From: Chamaesiphon sp.
GTDB taxonomy: Bacteria; Cyanobacteriota; Cyanobacteriia; Cyanobacteriales; Chamaesiphonaceae
Length of the DNA stretch: 64,000 nt
Assembly: GCA_965246715.1 (NCBI GenBank)
Contig: CBDFFH010000021.1
Coordinates: 1-64,000, forward strand
Direction of reading: 5' to 3'
The notes beneath the pieces were generated by a model. It searched no databases, had not been told where the DNA came from, and saw nothing but the letters and a program-made list of their open reading frames with translations. The position numbers were made by a program, and so were the translations under genes. Shown piece after piece: positions 20,968 to 28,690 of this stretch (its first letter is position 1; every line of letters starts with the position of its first letter).

Positions 20968-21909
20968 GTGATGAGAAGTTATGCAATTATTGGTACGGGC
21001 GCGTTGGGCGGATTCTATGGTGCCAAGCTCCAACGCGCTGGCGCAGATGTGCATTTTTTGGTGAATAGCGACTACGATCGAGTGAAAAAATCAGGACTGA
21101 TAATTCGCTCGAAAGATGGTGATTTTACACTCCCATCTGTCAATGCTTACGATCGAGTGAGTCAGATGCCTGCTTGCGATGCGATCTTAATCTGTCTTAA
21201 AACCACTCACAATTACCTGTTGCCAAAGATTTTACCCGATGTCGTCAAGCCGAGTTCGGTAGTCGTAGTAATGCAAAACGGACTGGGCACCGAAGCCGAG
21301 ATCGCCCAAATTTTACCACAGCATGAGATTTTGGGGGGGCTGTGTTTTATCTGTTCTAATAAAGTCGCCCCAGGTGAAATCCACCATCTCGACTACGGCC
21401 AAATCAAGCTCGGTGCTTATGCCGATGACTACCGTCAAGCCGGAATTACACCGATGATGGAGAACATTGCTCATGATTTTCGCGCCGCAGCAATCGAGAT
21501 TTCGCTCTGCGAAGATCTGTTATTAGCCCGATGGCAAAAACTAGTCTGGAATATTCCTTATAACGGTCTATCGGTTGTGTTAGATGCCACAACCGATCGA
21601 TTGATGTCAGATCCGGCGACGAGTGAATTAGTCGCCCAGCTAATGCGAGAAATTCAAGTAGTTGCGGCGGCATCCGATCGAGAAATTACCGATGAATTTA
21701 TCCAAACGATGCTGGAATATACGATCGAAATGACACCTTATCGTACCAGTATGAAAATCGACTATGACGAGAGTAGACCGATCGAAATCTCGGCGATGTT
21801 TGAAACTCCACTCCAATTCGCCCGTAATAAAAAAATCGACTTACCACTGATCGAGATGTTGACGCGACAATTGCAATTTCTCGATCGTAGTAGGTCGATA
21901 AATAAATAG
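20968..21909 (+). CDS. panE: 2-dehydropantoate 2-reductase
   Basis: GTGALGG.YG, LK, QNGLG, W.KL.WN, TSM..D and E motifs. Confidence 0.9.
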   Translation: MMRSYAIIGTGALGGFYGAKLQRAGADVHFLVNSDYDRVKKSGLIIRSKDGDFTLPSVNAYDRVSQMPACDAILICLKTTHNYLLPKILPDVVKPSSVVVVMQNGLGTEAEIAQILPQHEILGGLCFICSNKVAPGEIHHLDYGQIKLGAYADDYRQAGITPMMENIAHDFRAAAIEISLCEDLLLARWQKLVWNIPYNGLSVVLDATTDRLMSDPATSELVAQLMREIQVVAAASDREITDEFIQTMLEYTIEMTPYRTSMKIDYDESRPIEISAMFETPLQFARNKKIDLPLIEMLTRQLQFLDRSRSINK

Positions 21910-22286
21910 CTCGATCGCTATTTGCAGCGGCAGTAATTTCTATATTTTTTCGCGATCTTGAAACATGCAAAGCACTCGTTCTTGCCTAAAAATGTGTCTC
22001 GATCGTGGACAGAGATAAAACTTGAATTTATATTATTGCTAGATCGATCGAGCTGCGATAAGTTCTGTGCTGACTGGACTTAATGTTAATTCAACCAACA
22101 TTTTTGGGCACTATAAGCTATCCATGAGTTGGCGGTGATTTTGACTATGTTCGAGATCGCTGACTGAGCTGGATCGATCGGTTAACTTGAAGTCAAACAT
22201 TACTGTATCACTATAACCTTATTGCTACTAATCGTAGTTTGATTTGACATAATTTTCAGCGTCCAGATCGCGACCGTCAGTAGTTA

Positions 22287-22870
22287 GCCCAAGTTGCTAC
22301 CTATAGGCAGAGCGTAAAAAAGCTGCTACAAAGGTCAAAATACAAGTAGCAGCAACAAAAATGAATAATGAGATTGTAGCGATATATTGCCTGTGTGACG
22401 ACATTCTCAAAGCAATGAATCATCGCAGCGATGAGCAACAACAGATGAGTGATGTGGAAGTGATGACTACAGCGATTGTTGCAGCCATATACTTTTGTGG
22501 AAATTTTGAGAAAGCCAGAAAGCAACTGTCAGAGCCACATTACATTCCAACGATGTTGAGTAAAAGTCGATTGAATCGAAGATTGCATCGGATTGAACCG
22601 ACGTTACTGACAGTATTTGAGGTTTTGGGGCAAGCATGGAAACAACTCAATCCAGATGACGTTTACAGTATTGATAGTTTTCCAATTCCAATCTGTGACA
22701 ACATCCGAATCTCAAGATCGCAACTCTATGATGGCCAAGAAGCATATCGTGGCTATCAATCGAGTAAAAAGAGATATTTTTATAGTGTCAAAATTCATCT
22801 GATGGTCACAGAGGCTGGAGAACCTGTAGAGTTTTTCCTCACTCCAGGCTCATTTGCTGATGTTAAAGGA
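22287..22870 (+). mobile_element. Truncated IS982-family element (left end and N-terminal half of the transposase from 22361)
   Basis: AIYCLCDD.L, MSD.EV.T, SR.NRR, IDSFPI..C.NIR, RGY..SK.RYFY..K.HL. Similarity ends after TPGSFADVKG. Candidate left end gCCCAAGTTGC at ~22287. Confidence 0.8.
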
Positions 22871-22994
22871 GAGAAGGATTTGGGCGTTGCTGAATTGGGG
22901 TATGGAAAAGATAAAGGGGTAGAACACTCGATCGATATATCGATATTAAGACTCGATCGCTTTGAATCTTCAGAAGGATATCGGTAGCAGCTTA

Positions 22995-23364
22995 TTTGAG
23001 ATTAATTTCTTAGTTTCATCCCGATAGCGAGCGTGAGGGTACGGATATAGGAGTGGTAGATGCACCCTGATGATTCGTCCCTGGTTCTTAGAGTCGGGGC
23101 TTTTTATTTTTGAGATTAATTTATCAGTTTCATCCCGATAGCGAGCGGGAGGGTGCGGATATAGGAGTGGTAGATGCACCCTAGTTATTCGTCCCTGACT
23201 TATTTTAATAAGTTGGGGGCTTTTTGCTAGTAGGTAGATCGATAATTTCGATCGATTTAGGAATTTTTGAGTTTCATCCTGATAGCGAGCGTGAGGGTAT
23301 GGATATAGGAGTGGTAGATGCACCCTGATGATTCGTCCCTGGCTCTTAAGAGTTGGGGCTTTTT
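22995..23364 (+). repeat. Three tandem ~95-bp structured direct repeats, each ending in a hairpin plus T-tract
   Basis: Units start at 23012, 23126 and 23270. The invariant core GGATATAGGAGTGGTAGATGCACCCT lies at 23043, 23157 and 23301. Confidence 0.95.
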
Positions 23365-23454
23365 ATTAGCTGTGCCAAACTAACAGGCTCGATCGAGCTT
23401 AGATATCTCGTTACACTAGGAACGATCTGGTAGCTGAATGGAATTTGCGACTTT

Positions 23455-23718
23455 ATGACTTCCCCCACCGAAATTACCGCGACCATCAAACTATTTGCCG
23501 TCTACCAAGAAGCGTTTGAAGCGGCAGAAATATCGCGTCAGTTCCCAGCGAATACGCCCGTTAGTGAGGTCCTAGAGCGGTTGATTACCGAAAGACCGAC
23601 TCTAGCCCAATGGCGCGACGTGACGCGATTTGGCATCAATATGGACTTTGTAGACCCTGAGACGATCGTGTGCGATCGCGATGAAGTTGTGTTGATTCCC
23701 CCAGTTAGTGGTGGATAG
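23455..23718 (+). CDS. moaD: Molybdopterin synthase sulfur carrier subunit
   Basis: KLFA.YQE and C-terminal DEVVLIPPVSGG. Confidence 0.92.
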   Translation: MTSPTEITATIKLFAVYQEAFEAAEISRQFPANTPVSEVLERLITERPTLAQWRDVTRFGINMDFVDPETIVCDRDEVVLIPPVSGG

Positions 23719-24103
23719 ACAGATCGGGGGTGCGATCGAGTGTCAATGTTTGCCACTGGTAAGCTGTCTGTGGTTGGAGCTTGCTGGTAAATCGATCGAT
23801 TGGAAATCCCGCGATCTGACTGCTGTTGGCAATTTTTTCTAACAACATTTTCCGCGTGGAATACTCGATTATTGCATCACCTTCAACTAATATTAATTCG
23901 ATAACTGTCGCCAATCGATCGATTTCGATCTCGTCTCCAGCCCAGATTAGCTCGATCGCGAGATCGGCAAATTCAGCTAAATCTAACGCGATCGGTCGAG
24001 TGATAATCGGATTCCATGACTCCAGATGTTCTTCCCATTGCGCCCGAAAAGCTGGAAACTCCTGCAGAATAATTTCCATCCAGTTGGTACGATCGATCTG
24101 CAT
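23705..24103 (-). CDS. Hypothetical helical protein
   Basis: ORF with an IL.EFP.FR..WEEH..W pattern; start uncertain (24112 or 24103). Confidence 0.6.
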   Translation of the reverse strand: MQIDRTNWMEIILQEFPAFRAQWEEHLESWNPIITRPIALDLAEFADLAIELIWAGDEIEIDRLATVIELILVEGDAIIEYSTRKMLLEKIANSSQIAGFPIDRFTSKLQPQTAYQWQTLTLDRTPDLSIHH

Positions 24104-24127
24104 ATACTTCACTCGCTCCTTGTTCCC

Positions 24128-24772
24128 ATGACCGATCGCCTCAATAATGCCATCGAGTTACTTCAATCTGCTACCCAAAGTTTGACAGCATTGGCAGCAC
24201 TTCCAGCCGCCGATCGACCCTTGCGGGAGACTGTTAATAATACTGTAGAACAGATCCATCGCGTTTTGGCCGAACTGTCGGCGGCAATTAATCCCCCTTC
24301 GCTCGAAAATATTCCGCCAGAATTATTAACCAAAGCCGAGCGATTAGGTATCCCTCTCGATGATATCGAAGTGCGGGTCGCAATTACTACCCACGATCTC
24401 AGTCAATTTGTGGGAATTTTGAATGAAATCGAACAAAGATTTGGAGAAATCCGCCGCGTGCGGGAATACTTATTAGTAAGGTTGCCCGATATCCCGATCG
24501 AACGACTCGGCTCGCGACTCCCAGTTTATACTGCGGCTGACTTTGAGTGGAACGAACCCAGACTCACCCCCGCAGAATTGGCAGCAATTCGAGCAAAATA
24601 TCACATCGATCGCTTATTAGCTCAACCCCCCCGGCATTCTACCGACTTATTCGATCGCATCGAAACTGCTAATCTTGCCTGGGAACAGGCAAAAGCAAGT
24701 AAATCTTCCCCCGAGGAGCGCCAATCGGAGGAGAAAGACGATCCCGATCATCTCCGCAATCTTCCCTTCTGA
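24128..24772 (+). CDS. Hypothetical protein
   Basis: About 214-aa ORF from ATG 24128 with helical, acidic composition. Confidence 0.65.
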   Translation: MTDRLNNAIELLQSATQSLTALAALPAADRPLRETVNNTVEQIHRVLAELSAAINPPSLENIPPELLTKAERLGIPLDDIEVRVAITTHDLSQFVGILNEIEQRFGEIRRVREYLLVRLPDIPIERLGSRLPVYTAADFEWNEPRLTPAELAAIRAKYHIDRLLAQPPRHSTDLFDRIETANLAWEQAKASKSSPEERQSEEKDDPDHLRNLPF

Positions 24773-24811
24773 TACACTGTAATTTTTCTCACTCACTACC
24801 CCGAGGCTCTT

Positions 24812-25579
24812 ATGAAAATCGCCACTATTGTCTCTACTTTATGCCTATTCGCAGGTTTTACAGCCACTGCCAACGCCGAAAATATTGCTCATACCCGCCA
24901 GTTATTATTGACAAAAAGCTGCGCGCAATGCGATCTCAGCGGTGCCGGATTGGTTCAGAACGATCTATCTGGAGCTAAACTCGATCGGGCAAATCTCGTC
25001 GGGGCAAATCTCAATGGTGCCAACCTCACTGGCGCAGATTTACGCGGCGCAAATTTGATGGGTGCATCGCTTAATGGTGCCAATCTGATGGGTGCGGACT
25101 TACGCGGCGCAAATCTTACTGGTACCGATCTACGATCGGCTTATCTGGTAAATGCCAACGTCCAAGGCATCGATATCCGTACCGCCTCGCTCCAAGGTGC
25201 GGTTGGTATCCCAACTTCGTTAGGCACAGCCGAAGATTTTTATCGCTGGGGCTTTTTAGAGTGGCAAAAAAATGACTTTGCGGCTGCAATCGAACATTAC
25301 GATCGCGCCATCGCCCTCAACCCCGAGTTTGCTGGTGCCTATGTCGCTCGATCGATGGCCAAATTTCGCCAGCAAAACGACGGTGGTGCCATGAAGGACG
25401 CAATGGTCGCAGAACGCTTATTTTTCTCCAAATCCGACCAACAAGGTGTCAAAACAGCTCAGGCACTCCAATCCAAAATCAAACTCGCCAGCCAACCAAC
25501 GCCCGATGGCGGTGCTGGAAATGGTAATGTTGTCGATCTGATCACTGGTTTGAGTTCGCTGTTACTGAAGTTTTTCTAG
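24812..25579 (+). CDS. Secreted pentapeptide-repeat plus TPR protein
   Basis: Signal peptide, C..CDLSGA, A(D/N)LXG repeats and a TPR (AIEHYDRAIALNPEFAGAY). Confidence 0.88.
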   Translation: MKIATIVSTLCLFAGFTATANAENIAHTRQLLLTKSCAQCDLSGAGLVQNDLSGAKLDRANLVGANLNGANLTGADLRGANLMGASLNGANLMGADLRGANLTGTDLRSAYLVNANVQGIDIRTASLQGAVGIPTSLGTAEDFYRWGFLEWQKNDFAAAIEHYDRAIALNPEFAGAYVARSMAKFRQQNDGGAMKDAMVAERLFFSKSDQQGVKTAQALQSKIKLASQPTPDGGAGNGNVVDLITGLSSLLLKFF

Positions 25580-25684
25580 GGGAATGGGGATTAGCTACTA
25601 GTGGCGCGATCGGACTAAAATTGTGGGCGGAAAAATTGCTAAAAATACGATCGGTAATATTTTGAGCGATCGCTTTACAGACAT

Positions 25685-26670
25685 AACGTCAGTTCGGGAT
25701 AAGGATTTCGATCGATGACTCCTAGCTTCGTTTCTGCACCGCCCTCAAATAAATTTGCGGTGCGCGCTCGTCGAGTTTCCCCATTCGTGACAAGTTAAGG
25801 CGCGAGCGCAGTTGTCAAGAAAGTTTGAGCAGATGGCTCAAAGAAAAATTGTCCCTCCCTGCTCGTTCGCTCAGGGAAGGGGGCAATAATCAATTTCTTG
25901 AATGGCTTGCGGATAAATTTAACGATGCCCAAATCTTGATTTGCGGGAGCCGCAAAATATTTAATCGGGTCATGCGCTAAACCTTGATGATGAGCGACAT
26001 AGAAATGATAAAGACCACGATAGATCATCTCCAATGAAATGCGATCGAACCGAATAGATAGTTCATCAGCGACAGCATCACTAAGATCGACCAACACAGC
26101 ATAAAATAGCCAAGTTCCCAGAGCTGCAATTTAATCCCATTGAGTGAACCAGTCCAGATACAACTCAAGCCTGGTAATCGTTTGACAGTATTGAAAGCCT
26201 CGTCTATTCTCCATCTTCTGCTATATAAATCAGCAACTACATAAGGGGGTAAGATTAACGGGTCGAGTACGCTGCTTAGATAAGCGAGCTTTTCGGGGGA
26301 AGCTTCCCCCGAAAACGTCGCGTAAGAATGCCAAGCCTTACCCGATCTAATTTCTACTAATCTCATTGTGCTACAGGGAGTTGTCTTGTTATCAACACCC
26401 ATTTTGACGGTTCGGTCGCGGATGCTGTAACTATTCGTAAACACTTGCTCGACTGCAAATGATGCTTTGTTATTTAGTCGAGTAATGAAGTGAGCATTAC
26501 GCTCGATTAATTGTTGCCAAAACTGATAATGACAAAAGCCTCTATCCAACAAGATTAATGTCAGGGGCTTAACTAAGTTGAGGAGATCTGACTCAAACTT
26601 GCGGGTGGAATCGCGCTGAGGAAACCTCAGCGACGGAGCAAATCAATTTTCCTTATCCCGAACTGACGTT
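25685..26670. mobile_element. ~986-bp non-autonomous element bounded by 20-bp IS982-type inverted repeats and carrying an IS4 transposase fragment
   Basis: AACGTCAGTTCGGGATAAGG at 25685-25704 and CCTTATCCCGAACTGACGTT at 26651-26670; ACAT on both flanks. Confidence 0.8.
25795..26598 (-). pseudogene. C-terminal half of an IS4-family transposase, frameshifted and 5'-truncated
   Basis: LDRGF..., FITRL and the Y..RW.I(E/D).AF...KRL signature; frameshift near 26120; IS4-like right end just after the stop (~25779-25800). Confidence 0.85.
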
Positions 26671-26909
26671 ACATAATTAGTTTGGTTACGCCAGTAGTTT
26701 GCTAGATGCTGACTGAATACAAACAAGCTAAATCCTTTGCTTCGCAAGGGTTTAATTCGTGGGCATTGCCCACCCAACCCTTTCAACGTGAACAATAGTA
26801 GTATTTTCTCGATCGATATAAGGTGCCAATTGGAAGCTTTTTCAATTATGGCACTGTTCAGTTATAGGGTGGTCCCTGCTCAGTGCCGAAAACTAAAGTG
26901 TAATAATTG

Positions 26910-27614
26910 CTAATGGCAGCTTGATACTCGATCGATACTCAATCCGATCTCCCATGCTTGGTTGAGCAGAGTAGCATATTCGGCTAATTGAGGCTGTTGC
27001 GCGAGGTGCTGAAGTGCGATTAGATTTTGGGCGATTTCACTGGGTGCTGATTCGATAAATGAAGTTGTTAAGTCACTGGCAGGATCTTGTTGGCGTAAAA
27101 ATCGCTCTATTTCTAAAGCTGCGAGCAAATTGTGTCGGGTTTGAGCGAGAATATCCAAGACGATCCGCAACCGATCGATTTCGGCATTGGGCGTGGCGAT
27201 AGTTGTAACTCGGGCTAAGGTTTCGATCGAGCGTACGATTTGATTGTATCGCTCGATCTTTTCCACTAACTTAAGCAGTTTCTGCAATCGTTTGCCTCGG
27301 AAACAGATCCACCAATTTACGCTACCTAAAATTGCAATAGTAACCGCCCCATCAACTAGGAGCAATCGCGTAGTTCGCTCTGGCAAAGACATAGTCGAGG
27401 CATGAATATTGACAATTCGATCGATCGGAATTGTCACTGCCATCAAAATAATCGCCCCCCCGACAATTTGGAGCGCTCCCATTTTGATGAATTTACGAGG
27501 TTGTTGCCACAAATTTTTCCGCCAGGTAAATCCCACCATGAGATCGCCGATCTCCTGCTGCGAGATTGATTCGATAGTCGATCGAGGAATGATTAATTCG
27601 ACAAATTTATCCAT
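26910..27614 (-). CDS. Hypothetical membrane protein (2 transmembrane helices plus coiled coil)
   Basis: Likely start ATG 27614, which avoids overlap with the upstream gene. Confidence 0.65.
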   Translation of the reverse strand: MDKFVELIIPRSTIESISQQEIGDLMVGFTWRKNLWQQPRKFIKMGALQIVGGAIILMAVTIPIDRIVNIHASTMSLPERTTRLLLVDGAVTIAILGSVNWWICFRGKRLQKLLKLVEKIERYNQIVRSIETLARVTTIATPNAEIDRLRIVLDILAQTRHNLLAALEIERFLRQQDPASDLTTSFIESAPSEIAQNLIALQHLAQQPQLAEYATLLNQAWEIGLSIDRVSSCH

Positions 27615-27660
27615 TGGGACATTGTTTTTGAGTGGCTGACGCTGATAAAATCGCGATCGG

Positions 27661-28341
27661 CTAAAATCCCAATCTGTGGATCGATTCCCAGATAGCGGTG
27701 AAGAAACTACCTTCTCGGGGGCGAAATAATTCAAAAGTGCTACCAGTGCCGAAAAATGGTCTTAATGTCCAACCGAGTTGCGTACCGACAAAGCCATATA
27801 AAGCCAACCAAAATTTAAGAATATTCTTCCGAATCTTCACATTGCCAGCTTGTTCTTCGGCTTCACTTGGCTTCATTGTCCGATAGAGAAAAGAAACTCC
27901 CAGTATTCCAGTGATTGCAAAAATTGCAACATTGAGTAACAGGAAGAAAAATTTATCGTTAACAGTTAATAAGAAAAATAGACTGACTGGAGCGAAGCCG
28001 CAGAGCAATACTGAAATTACCGTAATTGTTGCTAGGAGATATGCCCAATGCTGACGAATCGTACTGCGAGAACCAAAGAAAGCATTGAAAATATACAGCG
28101 TTGGCAAGCAAACAATCAGCGTGATTAGGTATAAAGCAGGCAACTTGATCGCTGAAGCCAATATTTGAATCGGGGTATTGGCATTGGTCGCGCCGATAAT
28201 CGCGCCGTAAATCCCAAAACAACTAAAACTGATAAACAGTAATGAGACAATTTTGCTGTTAAGTTTTTCACTATTGTGGATTTCGTCGATGAAACTAAAT
28301 CTATCCCTAAGCAAATAAATAAGTGTATTTGTGTTTTCCAT
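27661..28341 (-). CDS. Conserved multi-pass membrane protein
   Basis: Five hydrophobic segments; SAIKLP.L...T..CLP.LY and VG.QLGW.LRPF motifs. Confidence 0.75.
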   Translation of the reverse strand: MENTNTLIYLLRDRFSFIDEIHNSEKLNSKIVSLLFISFSCFGIYGAIIGATNANTPIQILASAIKLPALYLITLIVCLPTLYIFNAFFGSRSTIRQHWAYLLATITVISVLLCGFAPVSLFFLLTVNDKFFFLLLNVAIFAITGILGVSFLYRTMKPSEAEEQAGNVKIRKNILKFWLALYGFVGTQLGWTLRPFFGTGSTFELFRPREGSFFTAIWESIHRLGF

Positions 28342-28528
28342 GTCAGAAGAGAATTTTGACTTTAATATCGATACAGTTTCCTTGGTGCGGATTCCTGTAG
28401 TTTTAGTCTAAATTACGCTTCGCGATCGCTCGGACGGAAAAGATCGGTACTTAAAGTCGGGAAAAGTTGGCTCTTGGTAAATCTATCGATCGACTGGTCG
28501 ATCGTGCTATGATAGAGTGCCTACATTT

Positions 28529-28613
28529 GGAAAGGTGGCAGAGTGGTCGATTGCGTCCGACTTGAAATCGGATGAAGCGCAAGCTTCCGTGAGTTCGAAT
28601 CTCACCCTTTCCG
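28529..28613 (+). tRNA. trnS: tRNA-Ser(UGA), class II with a long variable arm, CCA not encoded
   Basis: Acceptor stem GGAAAGG/CCTTTCC with discriminator G; anticodon arm TCCGA-CTTGAAA-TCGGA; T arm GTTCGAAT. Confidence 0.96.
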
Positions 28614-28628
28614 TCGCGAACATAAAGC

Positions 28629-28663
28629 AATATCCCCGACTCATCCAATAAGTCGGGGATATT
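28629..28663. terminator. Hairpin of the CCCCGACT...AGTCGGGG family between the tRNA and the convergent nuclease gene
   Basis: AATATCCCCGACT...AGTCGGGGATATT. Confidence 0.65.
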
Positions 28664-28690
28664 TGTTGCCAGCTAGATTAACTAACTCGA

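Noticed and set aside
23012..23364. Array as a CRISPR locus (the 5' GTTTCATCCCGAT resembles some cyanobacterial repeat starts)
   Set aside because: The conserved unit is ~95 bp with its own terminator, the linkers are 20 and 44 bp and partly shared, and there are no cas genes in the window.
23012..23454. Array as a known Moco riboswitch upstream of moaD
   Set aside because: I could not match Moco motif features by eye, so it is kept only as an unassigned structured RNA candidate.
28451..28648. 65-aa minus-strand ORF
   Set aside because: Antisense to tRNA-Ser.
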